A stretch of DNA of 64,000 bases from an uncultured Gammaproteobacteria bacterium (GCA_964485575.1 CAZAJO010000008.1:921-64920); one strand, 5' to 3'. Positions 1 to 15,000 are shown, counted from the first letter of the stretch. The notes: generated from the sequence alone by a model not told the origin. Numbers and translations: made by a program.

Positions 1-1
1 C

Positions 2-3000
2 AACATTTCCATTTGTCCCAAGAGTTGAAACCTGAGTCAGGTTACTTAATAAGATTTGGCCGGATCCATTTGGCGCGATGGTAAGATTTTCATTTGTCCC
101 GGTTGTGATATCTGTTGATACTCCATTGAACGTTAGAGTACCTGTTGTCGTTATGGCACCAGAACTTACTGTTCCGATATTAGTAAGGTTACCTGATGCA
201 TCAATTCTTCTGACTCCATTTGTCTGGATATCTGTGACTCCATTTATTGAAGAGGCAGAAAGTGTTGCTGTTGTACCATTGTCAACGAGTGTAAGCAAAG
301 TATTTGGTGATCCTTCAGCATCCTTTATCGTTAAGGTTCCATTGTTCCCTAATGTTGAAAGCGTAATAGTTGGTGTCGTATTTGAAAGTGTCAGGGGTGA
401 GATGCCTGATAATGTGACAGTACCTGACGCGTCAAGCGTTGTTACCCCGCTTACAGCACCGGCATTTGTGATCCCACCATTATTGTTGTTAAATCCACCG
501 GTGATTGAAGCACCCCCTGCTGATACTGTTAGACCTCCGGTACTTACCGTCAAAAGCCCACCGATAGTTTGAGCAGTTGTAAAGTTATTATTTTGGCCTT
601 TGTACGCAACATTAGATAAGGTACCGGTTGTGTTTATATTGGCGCCATTAACCTGAAGTTGAGAGAGAGCATTAATTGTGTCTACTGAAAGTGTAGCAAC
701 TGTGCCGTTGTCAACGAGAGATAACAATGTATTTGGTGAACCGGCTGAGTCTTTTATAGTAAGGGTTCCAGCTGCATCTCCTGCGCCAACGGTAACAACT
801 GGATTCGTGTTTGAAAGGATGATTGGCGTAGCAGATGAGAACGTATTCGTGTTGGTGAACGTATTTGCCTGGTTAAGATACGCTACGTTTGTGAGAGTTC
901 CAGCAGTATTTATATTAAGTCCATTAAGCTGTATAGCGGTTATCGCATTGAGAACATCAGTCTGAACAGTACCAGAAGCTGTTATATTTGTAGCGCCAGC
1001 TATTGCACCCGTGTTAGTGATTCCACCTGTGTTGTTATTTATACCTCCTGTTATGTTGGCACCTCCCGCAGTCGCTACAAACCCATTAGCAGCAGTTATT
1101 GTTCCAGTTCCGGTTGTTACGATATTGCCTGAGGTCGTCAGATTGCCATTCTCATTTATGGCAAGAGTAGCCGAACCACTTGATTGGATCTGTAAAGCGT
1201 TTTGGATCGATGCATTCGTGTCATTAATGACAAGAGCTGCAGAGCCTGTTCCGGCGTTGGTTATTGTAAATTGTCTAGAGTTGAGGTTTGCAAGAGTAAA
1301 GTCAATGTTTCCTTCATTGTCTGTTGCTGAGATAGTGTTTCCGGCCTCATAAGCTTGTTGCAACGTAACATTGTTAACGTTTGCATTACACGAGGCAATT
1401 TGATTTGAAGCATTTCGACAAAGCCCTGAAGTCCCGTTAGTGCCTAAAGTAGGTACCTGTACAAGATTACTCAAAATTATTTCTCCTGTTCCATTTGGAG
1501 CAATTGTTAGATTCTCATTTGTTCCGGTCGTGATATCTGTACTCACGCCATTGAAGGTAAGCGTTCCGGTCGTAGTTATTGCACCAGAGGATACTGTACC
1601 GATATTAGTGAGGTTGCCTGAAGCGTCTATTCTTGTTGTACCATTTGTTTGTACATTTGATGAAGCATTGACTGTCCCTACAGTCAAAGTACCAACTGTT
1701 CCATTGTCTACTAATGTCAACAATGTATTAGGGGAACCGTTTGAATCATTAATCGTTAAAGTTCCAGCCGCGTTTCCGGCTCCCAAAGTTATAACCGGGT
1801 TAGTGTTTGAGAGAACAACCGGTGTTGCTGAAGAGAACGTATTCGTGTTTGTGAAAGTATTGGCTTGATTGAGATACGCAACGTTTGTGAGAGTTCCAGC
1901 TGTGTTGATGTTAGCCCCATTGAGTTGGATTGCAGTAATGGCATTTAGGATATCCGTTTGGGTAGTACCTGAAGCAGTTATATTAGTTGCACCGGTAATT
2001 GCACCAGTATTTGTTACTCCACCATTATTGTTATCGATTCCACCAGTAATTGAAGCCCCACCGGTTGTTACTGTTAAGGCTCCCCCAATGGTCTGACCAA
2101 CGGTGAAGTTATTGTTTTGACCCTTGTAAGCAACGTTTGTGAGCGTTCCAGTTGTATTGATATTAGTACCGTTGAACAAGAATCCGGTAACAGCATTTAC
2201 GCTTCCGGTAAGAGACAAGTTACCGACAGTACCTGCATCAGTCAATGAGAGCAGGGTATTTGCATCACCATCATTTATTGTAAGCGTGCTATCAACTCCA
2301 GCAGTTCCCAAAATTGCTGTTGGAGCGGCATTGGTAAGTGTTAACGGAGATGCTCCAGAAAGAGTGACTGTCCCTGAAGCGGTGATATTGGTCGCACCAG
2401 CAATAGCACCAGTATTTGTGATTCCACCGGTGTTATTGTTGATACCACCTGTTATGGATGCACCACCTGATGATACAGTCAAAAGGCCAGCGATTGTTTG
2501 ACCGACAGTGAAGTTATTGTTCTGACCCTTATAAGCAACATTTGAGAGGGTACCCGTTGTGTTGATATTTGTTCCGTTCAACAAGAATCCGGAAACTGCA
2601 TTTATTGTTCCTGAAAGCGATAGGTTTCCAACAGTCCCAGCATCTGTTAATGTCAGAAGAGTATTTGGTGAACCTTCAGCATCTTTTATTGTCAGTACCC
2701 CGTTGTTTCCGATTGTTGCAAGAGTAACAATCGGCGCGTTGTCAGAAAGTGTTACCGGATTTGCATTCGAGAATATATTATTTTGTGAGAAAGTATTTTG
2801 TTGATTCTGATAAGCGACGTTTGTGAGTGTACCAGCTGTATTGATATCTGTCCCGTTCAATTGTATGACAGACGTTGCATTGACTGTTGCTCCCTGAATC
2901 GTTCCTGAAGCAGTTATGTTGGTTGCACCAGTGATCGCCCCCGTGTTTGAGATACCACCAGTATTGTTATTAATTCCACCGGTTATTGATGCTCCACCTG

Positions 3001-6000
3001 ATGATACCGTCAAAAGACCTGCAATAGTCTGACCAACTGTGAAATTATTGTTCTGATTTCTATACGCAACGTTTGTAAGAGTACCTGCTGTGTTTATATC
3101 AACACCATTCAATTGAAGTGATGTTGTTGCACTTATTGATGATACAGATAGCGATCCACCATCACCATAGTCAGTTAATGTCAACAGATTATTTGGAGAA
3201 AGCTCAGCATCTCTTATTGTAAGGACTCCATTTGTACCCTGGGTTGCAAGTGTCACTATTGGTGATGCGTTTGAGAGTGTGAGAGGGGATACCCCTGACA
3301 ATGTGACAGTACCGGATGCAGCAATAGTTGTAGCACCTGAAATTGCACCTGCGTTTGTTAAGCCACCGGTGTTGTTATTTATCCCTCCTGTTATTGATGC
3401 ACCACCGGTCGACACAGTAAGAAGTCCAGCGATAGTTTGACCAACGGTAAAGTTATTATTCTGGTTCTTATATGCGACATTTGTGAGCGTGCCTGCGGTA
3501 TTTATACTTGTTCCGTTCAACTGGAACGCAGAAACAGCATTTATAATATCCCCCTCAATAGTTCCAGAGGCTGTGATATTGGTTGCCCCGGTTATTGCAC
3601 CGGCATTTGTTATACCACCCAAATTATTGTCAAGACCGGCAGAGATACTTGCTCCATTCGTCGCTGAAAGTAGTCCCGCAGCTGTTATTGCACCAGTTCC
3701 GGTTGTCACGATATTTCCTGAAGTCGTTAGATTTCCAAGCTCATCAATCGTCAAAGTAGAAGTTCCATTAGATTTGACATTGATAGCAATGCCTCCCGTT
3801 CCGGCAGCGGTGTCGTTGAGAATAAAGGCATTAGCTGTTCCAGCATTTGTAAGGGTGAATGATGTGGGAGAGCCAAGGCCACCTGCTAAAGTAAAGGCGA
3901 TATTTCTTCCCGTAGTTGTCGTTATAGTATTTCCATTGTCATATGCTGTCTGAAGCGTAGCGGTTGCAGCATTACAAGTAGCAATTTGGTTCAGAGCATT
4001 TCGACATAGCCCAATAGTGCCGTTCGTCCCCAAAGTTGGAACTTGTGTAAGATTGCTAAGCACAATTTGACCTGTGCCATTAGGGGTCAGTGTCAGATCT
4101 TCATTCGTACCGGTGGTTATGTCTGTCGAAACCCCATCAAAAGTAAGAGTACCGGTTGTGGTTATTGCACCCGATGAGATTGTTCCAATGTTGACCAAAT
4201 TGCCTGATGCATCAATCCTGTCTGTACCTGAGGTCTGGACTGAGGTTGTTGCATCAAGTGTCCCTCCTTGAATAGTGCCACTTGCTGTGATGTTTGTAGC
4301 TCCAGAGACGGCACCAGTGTTTGTGATTCCACCTGCATTATTATTTATTCCACCGGTAATATTAGCCCCGCCTGCACTCACCGTCAACAAACCTCCGATT
4401 GTCTGACCGACTGTGAAGTTGTTATTTTGACCCTTATAAGCGACATTTGATAGTGTTCCAGTTGTATTGATGTTTGTCCCGTTGAATTGTAGCGCTGTCG
4501 TTGCATTTACATTAGCAACAGTTAAAGTTCCGTTTGTTCCATTATCTGTTAAGGTGAGCAATGTATTTGGAGAGACTTCAGCATCTTTGATAGTGAAAAC
4601 GCCATTGTTTCCAGCTGTTGCAAGGGTAAGTACTGGCGCATTGTTTGACAACGTCAGAGGGGAAGCGCTAGATAAGGTAACAGTTCCTGAAGCATCAATT
4701 GTAGTTGCCCCGCTTATCGCCCCGGCACTTGTTATTCCGCCTGTATTGTTGTTTATTCCCCCAGTTATTGAAGCACCACCTGTTGTGACTGTAAGTGCTC
4801 CACCGATGGTCTGACCGACGGTGAAGTTATTATCCTGTCCTTTGTAGGCGACATTTGAAAGTGTTCCTGTAGTGTTAATGCTTGTTCCATTGAGAAGGAA
4901 AGCAGTAGTTGCGTTGATATTGGCTACGGCAAGAGTTGCAGTTGTACCATTATCGGTAAGAGTGAGAAGTGTATTTGGTGCTCCATTTGAATCTCTTATT
5001 GTCAGAACCCCGGCAGCATTTCCGGCTCCTAACGTCACAATAGGATTTGTATTACTAAAAGTAAGTGGACTTGCGCTTGAAAGAGTAACAGTACCTGATG
5101 CATCAATCGTGGTTGCCCCGGCAATAGCTCCGGTTCCGGTTATACCACCTGCATTATTTGCAATTCCACCGGTAATGTTTGCTCCACCGGCATTGATTGT
5201 AAGACCACCAGTTGTGATCGTCTGAAGAGCAGTGAAAGTATTGGCCTGATTTTGGTATGCAACATTTGTGAGTGTACCTGCAGTATTTATGTCTGTACCA
5301 GCAAGTTGAATAACGCTTGTTGCATTAAGAGTCGCACCTTGAATAGTGCCACTGGCTGTGATGTTAGTAGCACCTGTAATGGCGCCGGTATTGGTGATAC
5401 CACCGGTATTATTGTTGATACCCCCCGTTATTGATGCGCCACCTGATGATACAGTTAAAAGACCAGCAATTGTCTGACCTACAGTGAAATTATTGTTCTG
5501 GCCTTTGTAAGCAACGTTAGTAAGAGTACCTGTCGTATTTATATTTGCACCATTTATTTGAAGAGCAGAAAGAGCATTAACTGTCCCAACGGTAAGGGTT
5601 GCATCTGTTCCATTGTCAACCAAAGTCAACAACGTATTTGGTGAACCGGCAGAATCTTTAATAGAAAGCGTGCCATTGGCGTCTCCTGCCCCGAGTGTTA
5701 TATCTGGTGCCGAATTGGTTAACGTTATTGGCGCGGCTGATGAAAGGGTCACGGTTCCAGAAGCTGCAATTGTTGTCGCACCAGCAATTGCACCTGTGCT
5801 TGTTATGCCGCCTGCGTTATTATTGATACCACCATTGATTGATGCGCCACCAGCACTTACCGTAATACCACCAGTCGTAACAGTCAAAAGACCTCCAATT
5901 GTTTGTCCTACGGTAAAGTTATTATTTTGACCCTTGTAAGCAACGTTAGTAAGAGTACCTGTCGTATTTATATCTGTTCCTCCGAGTGTAAATCCTGTAC

Positions 6001-9000
6001 TTGCATTGACAGTTCCAACAGATAAGGTGCCGACAGTTCCATTGTCTGTGAGCGTAAGAAGTGTATTTGGAGACCCTTCAGCATCAGATATTGTCAGAGT
6101 TCCATCTGTACCTGCAGTTGCCAGCCTTATATTTGGATTTGCATTTGAAAGAGTGAGAGGTGATGACCCGGTAAGAGTTGCTGTTCCGCTTGCCGTTAGG
6201 TTTGTTATTCCTGTAATTGAACCTGTGTTTATTATTCCTCCTGAATTGTTATTAATACCACCCTTAAGGTATGCTCCTCCTGAATTAACAGTGAGAGCAC
6301 CTGCAGACGTGATTGTTCCGGTAGCAGTTGTAGTGATATTTCCGCTAGTTGAAATATTTCCAAGCTCTGAAATCGACAATTTTGAAACACCAGCAGATTG
6401 AACATCAAGAGCAACCCCTCCGGTTCCAGCATTGGTGTCATTGATGACAAATGCATTGGCAGACCCGGCATTCGTTAGAGTGAATTGAGTAGAAAGACCA
6501 GAGTCTAATGTGAAGTCAATGTTGCGTCCAGAGGTCGTAAGGATAGTGTTACCGGCATCATATGCTTGCTGTAATGTAACGGCACTTGCGTTTGCTGCAC
6601 AAGTAGAGAGTTGGTTGCTCGCGTTTCGGCAAACTGTTGTTAACCCGGTCGTTGCTGAAAGGGTAGCAACCTGGACGTAGTTGTTTAGGAGTATTTCGCC
6701 CGTTCCATTTGGTGCCAAAGTAAGGTTCTCATTTGGTCCTGTTGTGATATCGGTTGGAACTCCATTAAATGTTAAAACACCACTTGTTGTTATTGCACCT
6801 GAGCTTATTGTATTGATATTTGTCAGGTTACCGATTACATCTAATCTTGTTACTCCATTAGTTTGAATATTATTTGTAGCATTGAGGGTAGCTCCCTCAA
6901 TTGTGCCACTGGCTGTAATGTTTGTTGCACCTGTTATTGCACCGGTATTTGTGATTCCACCTGCGTTATTGTTGATGCCTCCTGTTATTGATGCACCTCC
7001 TGTTGTGACAGTAAGTGCTCCACCGATGGTTTGACCGACGGTGAAGTTGTTATCTTGACCCTTATAAGCAACGTTTGAAAGCGTACCGGTTGTATTAATG
7101 CTTGTTCCATTGAGAAGGAAAGCTGTAGTTGCGTTGATATTGGCTACGGCAAGAGTTGCAGTTGTACCATTATCGGTAAGAGTGAGAAGTGTATTTGGTG
7201 CTCCATTTGAATCTCTTATTGTCAGAACCCCGGCTGCATTTCCAGCTCCAAGTGTGATTATTGGAGTTGTATTTGAAAGGGTTAATGGCGAACCACTGGA
7301 AAGTGTTACCGTTCCAGAAGCAGCAATCGTTGTTGCACCGGCGATTGCACCGGTATTTGTTATACCACCTACATTATTGTCTATACCCCCAGTGATATTT
7401 GCTCCACCAGCACTGATGGTAAGACCGCCCGATGATATTGTTTGAAGAGCGGTGAAAGTATTGGCTTGATTTTGGTATGCAACGTTTGTGAGAGTTCCTG
7501 CTGTGTTGATATCAACTCCATTAAGTTGAATAACTGACGTACCATTAATGGTTGCTCCTTGAATAGTGCCACTGGCTGTGATGTTAGTAGCACCAGTAAT
7601 GGCGCCGGTATTGGTGATACCACCGGTATTATTGTTGATACCTCCAGTTATAGATGCTCCATCCGCACTGATAGTGAGTCCGCCGGTTGTGATCGTCTGA
7701 AGAGCCGTAAAGGTATTTGATTGATTTTGGTAAGCAACGTTTGTTAATGTACCTGCAGTGTTGATATCAACCCCACCGATCTGCAATGTCGTTCCAGCAT
7801 TTACTGATCCTGTAACAGAAAGATTCCCGACAGAACCAGCATCTGTCAAGGTTAGCAGAGTATTTGGAACACCTGCAGAATCTTTGATCGTAAATGTTCC
7901 ATTGGCATTTGCAGCACCCAATGTAACAATCGGATTCGTGTTACTAAATGTAAGAGGGGAGCCAGCAGAGAGTGTTACAAGTCCAGATGCTCCGATTGTT
8001 GTAGCACCTGAGATAGCACCAGTGTTTGTGATGCCACCTGTGTTATTGTTAATTCCTCCAGTTATTGATGCGCCACCCGTTGTAACCGTTAAAGCTCCAC
8101 CGATAGTCTGACCCACGGTGAAGTTGTTATCCTGTCCTTTGTAGGCGACATTACTAAGAGTGCCGGTTGTGTTGATGTTTGTTCCTCCTAGTAAGAATCC
8201 GTTCGCTGCATTTATTGTTCCTGTAACCGAAAGATTTCCAACTGTACCGGCATCGGTAAGAGTCAAAAGTGTATTTGGAGAACCTTCTGCATCTTTTATT
8301 GTTAATACTCCATCAACTCCAGCAGTTGCCAGAGAGATATTTGGAGTCCCGTTGGTAAGAGCAAGAGGATTTGCCCCTGACAATGTAACGACGCCTGATG
8401 CATCAATTGTTGTTGCTCCGGATATTGAAGCCGTGTTTATTATTCCGCCATTGTTGTTGTTGATACCACCAACGACTGAAAGACCACCAGCAGAAATAAT
8501 CTGTGCAGCCGTAAATGTATTTGATTGATTTTTGTATGCAACATTGGACAAAGTGCCTGCTGTGTTAATATTTGTTCCATTCAATTGAATTGCAGTAATT
8601 GCATTGAGTATATCGGTCTGAGTCGTTCCACTTGCTGTAATATTTGTAGCACCCGTAATTGCACCCGTATTTGTAATGCCTCCGGTATTATTATTAATAC
8701 CTCCAGTTATATCGGCTCCACCAGCTTGAATAGCAAGTCCCCCTGTTGTGATTGTTTGACCTGCTGTGAAAATATTAGCTTGGTTGAGATAGGCAACATT
8801 CGTAAGCGTACCTGCAGTATTTATGTTGGTTCCATTCAATAGATAACCGGTCCCAGCATTTATTGTTCCTGTGACTGAAAGATTGCCAACGGTACCGGCG
8901 TCGGTAAGTGTTAGAAGTGTGTTGGGGGAACCTGCAGAATCCCTTATTGTCAAAACACCATTCGCATTACCAGCTCCTAATGTCACTATCGGATTGGTAT

Positions 9001-12000
9001 TACTAAAAGTTAATGGAGATGCAGCAGATAAAGTAACAAGTCCTGATGCTCCAATTGTTGTTGCACCGGAGATAGCACCGGCATTTGTGATACCACCAGT
9101 ATTATTGTTGATGCCCCCGGTTATTGACGCTCCACCCGCACTTACGGTTAATGCTCCTGCTGATGTTATTGTTCCAGTTCCAGTTGTTGCGATGTTTCCA
9201 GATGTTGTGATGGTTCCAAGTTCTGTGATTGTCAAAGCTGAAGCGCTTGCAGACTGTATTTCAAATGCGATTCCACCTGATCCGGTACGTACGTCATTTA
9301 TGACAAACGCGTTCGCGCTTCCGGCATTCATGAGAGTGAAGGACGTTGGAGTTCCCGAATCCGTGTTTTCATCGTAAAGCGTAAAGTCGATATTTCGACC
9401 GGAGGTTGTAAGAATTGTATTCCCAGCATCATAAGCAAGTTGAAGCGTAACGCCATTTGAATTTGGTGCACATGCAGACAAGAAGTCACCTGCATTGCGG
9501 CACAAAGCCGTCGAGCCGTCAGGTGAAGCAAGAGTTGGAATCTGTATCGTATCATTGAGGTTGATAACTCCCGATCCATTAGCAACGAGTGTAAGATCTT
9601 CATTGCTTCCAGTTGTAATGTCTGTTGCAGCACCAGTTATAGTAACGGTTCCTGCGATATTTTGTGCAGTTGTGAAATTGTTGTTCTGGCCTTTGTAAGC
9701 AACATTTGTGAGAGTTCCGGTTGTGTTGATGCTTGTGCCATTCAATTGGAACACTGAGGTAGCATTGATAGTCGCACCTTGAATTGTGCCTGAAGCGGTG
9801 ATGTTTGTCGCTCCTGTTATTGCACCCGTGTTTGTGATACCACCGGTATTATTGTTGATGCCTCCGGTGATATTTGCACCACCAGCATTTATTGTAATAC
9901 CTCCTGTATTTATCGTCTGGCCGATGGCAAAAAGATTTGCCTGATCAAGATATGCAACGTTTGAAAGAGTTGTACCAACATTTATGTTGGTACCGTTCAG
10001 TAAAAATCCGGTTGTTGCATTGATGTTGGCAACTGCAAGTGTTGCATTTGTTCCATTATCGGTAAGTGTCAGAAGGGTATTTGGTGACCCTTGAGCATCT
10101 GCAATAGTGAGGACACCATCAACTCCGGTGGTTGCCAATGTTAGAACTGGTGCTGCATTTGAGAGAGTAAGCGGGGAAGCACCTGATAATGTCACGACAC
10201 CCGAAGCAGTGATATCTGTTACTCCAGAAATAGCTCCTGTGCTTGTTATTCCACCAGCGTTATTATTGATACCTCCGGTTATTGATGCGCCTCCGGTTGT
10301 GACGGTTAAAGCTCCACCGATGGTTTGGCCAACCGTGAAGTTGTTGTTTTGTCCTTTGTATGCGACGTTTGTGAGAGTTCCGGTTGTGTTGATGTTTGTT
10401 CCGTTCAATAGATATCCTCCAACTGCATTGATTGTTCCAGTCACTGAAAGATTTCCTACTGTACCAGTATCGGTTAATGTAAGAAGCGTGTTTGGAGAAC
10501 CCTCTCCATCTCTTATCGTGAGCGTACCATTGGATCCTGCTGCAGCCACAGTTATTGCAGAGGTGGTCGCAGTAAGTGCGAGTGGGGTACTACTTGAGAG
10601 TGTAACAAGGCCAGATGCATCAATCGTTGTTGCACTGCCAATAGCGCCGGTATTTGTTATACCTCCATTGTTGTTATTAATACCCCCAGTGACGGATAGC
10701 CCACCTGATGAGATTATTTGTGCTGCAGTGAATGTATTGGATTGATTCTTGTATGCAACATTTGTGAGAATACCTGCGGTATTTATATCAGTTCCGTTCA
10801 GCTGAAGAGCAGTAATAGCATTGATGATATCTCCCTGAATCGTTCCTGACGCAGTAATATTTGTAGCACCGGTTATAGCACCTGTGTTTGTGATACCACC
10901 AGTATTGTTGTTAATTCCACCGGTTATTGATGCGCCACCGGTTGTGACGGTTAAGGCTCCACCGATGGTTTGGCCAACTGTGAAGTTATTGTTTTGTCCT
11001 TTGTACGCAACGTTTGTGAGAGTTCCGGTTGTGTTGATGTTAGTTCCACCCAAAAGTATTCCTGTTCCTGCATTTATGGACCCTGTCACTGAAAGATTAC
11101 CTGTAGTACCGGTGTCTGTTAATGTTAGAAGGGTATTTGGAGCTCCTTCTGCATCTTTTATAGTAAGGACTCCATTCGTGCCAGCTGTAGCAAGAGTAAT
11201 TACTGGAGCACTATCTGAAAGAGTTAGAGGTGCGGCATTTGAAAGGGTCACAACTCCAGAGGCGTCAATTGAAGTTGCGCCACTTATCGCACCGGCATTT
11301 GTGATACCCCCTGCGTTGTTGTTGATACCACCGGTAACATCAAGCCCACCGGCTTGGATTGCAAGTCCCCCAGTCGTAATGATCTGACCGGCAGTGAAGG
11401 TATTTGATTGGTTTTTATATGCAACGTTTGTGAGGGTGTTTGCAGTATTTATATTTGCACCATTCAATTGAAGAGCACTTGTCGCATTGATCGTGCCAAC
11501 TGTCAAAGTTGCAACAGTTCCGTTGTCAACAAGAGTAAGAAGTGTATTTGGTGTTCCATTTGAATCTTTGATTGTAAGCGTACCGGCAGCATTTCCAGCA
11601 CCCAAAGTGATGATTGGAGTAGTGTTTGAAAGCGTAAGTGGGGAGGCTCCTGATAGCGTCACTACACCTGAAGCAGCAATTGTAGTTGCTCCGGCGATTG
11701 CACCTGTGTTTGTGATGCCACCATTATTATTGTTGATTCCACCAGAAATGTTTGCACCCCCCGCAACAACAGTTATTCCGCCGGTATTGATGGTTTGTCC
11801 CAAGGTGAATGTATTAGCAGTATCAAGGTACGCAACGTTTGATAATGTACCACCGGTATTTATATTTACACCGTTGAGTTGAATTGCTGTTATCGCATTT
11901 AATATATCTGTTTGCGTCGTTCCTGATGCAGTAATATTTGTAGCACCGGTTATGGCACCCGTGTTTGTGATGCCACCAGTGTTATTGTTAATTCCACCTG

Positions 12001-15000
12001 TTATTGAAGCGCCACCTGTTGTGACGGTTAAGGCTCCACCGATGGTTTGGCCAACAGTGAAGTTGTTGTTTTGTCCTTTGTACGCAACGTTTGTGAGAGT
12101 TCCGGTTGTGTTGATGTTTGTTCCGTTGAGTTGGAATCCACTAACAGCATTTATTGTGCCACTTATTGCAAGATTTCCAACGGTACCAGCGTCGGTAAGC
12201 GCAAGAAGGGTATTTGGTGACCCTTCTGCATCCCTGATCCTCAACACTCCATTATTTCCTGCGGTTGCAAGCGTAATATCAGGAGCACTGTTAGACAGAG
12301 TGAGTGGGGCAGCCGAGGAGAAGGTGTTGGTATTAGTAAATACGTTTGCTTGGTCTAGATAGGCAACATTTGATAGTGTTCCACCCACATTTATACTTGT
12401 TCCGTTGAGCTGGAATGCTGTCAATGCGTTGATTGTATCTCCCTGAATAGTTCCCGACGCAGTGATATTTGTTGCTCCTGTTATTGCACCGGTGTTTGTG
12501 ATTCCACCATTGTTGTTGTTGATTCCACCTGTTATTGAAGCGCCCCCCGCACTAACAGTAAGGGCACCTGCTGAGGTTATAGTTCCAGTTCCAGTTGTCG
12601 CGATGTTACCTGATGTTGATATAGTACCTAGCTCAGAAATTGTTAACGCAGAGACACTTGCAGACTGTACCTCAAAAACAATTCCACCCGATCCAACATT
12701 TGAGTCATTGATCACAAAAGCGTTTGCGCTTCCTGCATTTGTAAGTCTTAACTGAGTCGTAAGACCGGAATCAAGAGTGAAGTCGATGTTCTTTCCTGCA
12801 GTTGTAAGGATCGTATTTCCACCGTTATATGCTGATTGTAAGGTTACTCCAAATGCTGTAGGGTCACATTGTGAAAGTTCATTCGTTGCATTTTGACAAA
12901 GGACGGTAAAGCCTTGAACACCTGCAAGTATTGGAATTCCAACTGTATCGTTAAGTACAATCTTACCTGTACCATTTGCTAGCAGTGTAAGATCCTGATT
13001 TGATACTGTTGTTATATCTGTTGAAACTCCACTAAATGTAAGTGTACCTGTGGTGGTGATAGCCCCAGAAGCTATTGTTCCAATGTTGACAAGATTTCCT
13101 GATGCGTCAACCCTTTGCGTTCCATTCGTCTGTATCGAAGTTACTGCATTTAGTATATCCCCCTGGCTAGTGCCAGATGCTGTTATGTTTGTTGCTCCTG
13201 TAATTGAACCAGTGTTTGTTATACCACCTGTGTTATTGTTGATTCCACCGTTGATAGATGCCCCTCCAGCTGTAACAAATAGTCCATTAGCTGAAGTTAT
13301 CGTTCCTGAACCGATTGTCTGGATGCTATTTGAAGATGAAATGTAACCACTCGTTGAGGCATTTCCGCTTTCATCAATGGTAAGTCTTCTATTTCCACCA
13401 GACTGGATTTCAAGAGCTACTTGGTTTGGAGCGGCATTATTATCATTGATAATAAATGCCGATGCTGTTCCTTCGTTTGTTAAAGTAAGTGAGGTTGCAG
13501 CATTGAGACCGGAAGCAAGAGTAAAGTCGATGTTTCTACCCGAGTTTGTAAGAATTGTATTTCCGTTGTCATAGGATGATTGCAAGGTGCCTGCTGATGA
13601 GCCAACGTCGCAGAGAACTACTTCATCATCTCCATTAGTACAAAGAGGACTTCCAACAACAGTAACTAAGTTCTCTATGGTTACCGTACTGTTTGCTGCA
13701 AGTGTAGTGAATTTTCCTGATGAGCGCGTAGTGTTTCCGATTGGTGTATTGTCTATAGATCCTCCCGTTATAACAGCGTTACTTGAAGAGAGATTGTTTG
13801 CAGTAACTGCACCAACGAGATTTACCGTATCTGTTCCGGATCCGATATTAATAAAGTCTGGACTCGTGTTGTCTGTTCCGATATTGACGGTGTTACCGGT
13901 CGACAACGTTCCAATATTGATTGAGCCATTGGCTGATGCTCCGGCTCCTGCATTAATTGTGACTGATCCACCGGTTGATCCTCCGGCAGTAGATGTCCCA
14001 GCAACTAGTCTGAGATTTCCACCCGTAGCATCAACAGTAGAGCTTGCCGGATTGATAGTGATATCAGTTCCACCAACGAGGGTAGTAATGTCTGATGTGT
14101 TGTCTCCGGCAAGATATATAACTCCTGCCTCAGACACCTTAAGGGTTGATGCGCCATTTGACTGAAGATCAAAGAATGTACCGCCTCCCCCAGCTGATGT
14201 GTCATTGAGAATGAATGCACTTGCAGTACTTTGATTTTCCAAAGTGAAAGATGTTGGAAGATTAAGACCCGGAGCCAATGTGAATGCAATATTTCGTCCG
14301 TCATTTGTAAGGATTGTATTTCCATTATTGTATGAGGACTGAAGGGTTCCGGTTCCTGATCCTATTGAACATTTGATTATGTTATCGAATGAATCTATAC
14401 ATAGCGCAGTTCCTGAGCTTGTCGTCAAATTTTCGATAAGGACAGTGCTATTGGCAGCAAGTGTTGTGAATGCACCAGAAGAGCGGACGGTAGCACCAAC
14501 GCTCGTTCCATTTATAGTTCCTCCAGTAACAGTCACTCCGCTTGAGTTGAAGTTGTTAGCTGTAACTGACCCGACAAGGTTTATGGTGTCTAACAAAGAC
14601 CCTATATTGACAATATCGGCCAAGGTATCATTTGTTGCTATATTTATGACATTTCCCCCGGTTCCGGTTCCTATATAGATAGTCTTTGCACTATTACCAA
14701 TACCTAGATTAATGTCTCCTGTCGTTCCTGTATCAAGAGTTAGGGAATTGGAACCTGTAGCAGATATCGTTCCGACTCCAGCAAAAGTTAGATCGGTTGC
14801 ACTAACGCCAATTGTGTCAAGACTAATGACGCCCGTTAATGCTCCAAGCGTTGTGACATTTAATCCTCCGTTTGATGTGACCGCAAAAGTACCGGTAGCA
14901 TTGCCAATTGCTACATTTCCTGTTCCGGTTGTTGCGATGTTTACATCGGATGCACCTGAAGTTCCAAGATTTGTCGTACCTGTTGATGAAAGAGTTGTAA

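Larger units (their letters stand above)
80..13350 (-). repeat. Array of at least 25 degenerate tandem coding repeats (period about 250-420 bp, 85-140 aa) organised into super-repeats of about 2.2-3 kb. Consensus unit ...TNVAYKGQNNNFTVGQTIGGLLTVSxGGASITGGINNNTGGITNTGAITGATNITASGT...
   Basis: The anchor 'gtgaagttattgttttgacccttgtaagcaacgtttgtgag' and its variants recur at about 590, 2110, 2515, 2815, 3050, 3455, 4420, 4830, 5245, 5495, 5920, 7050, 7455, 7715, 8130, 8520, 8790, 9680, 9935, 10345, 10750, 10990, 11410, 11825, 12070 and 12345. The plus-strand shadow ORFs repeat peptides such as FVIPPVLLLIPPVIDAPPVVTVKAPP. Confidence 0.75.
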
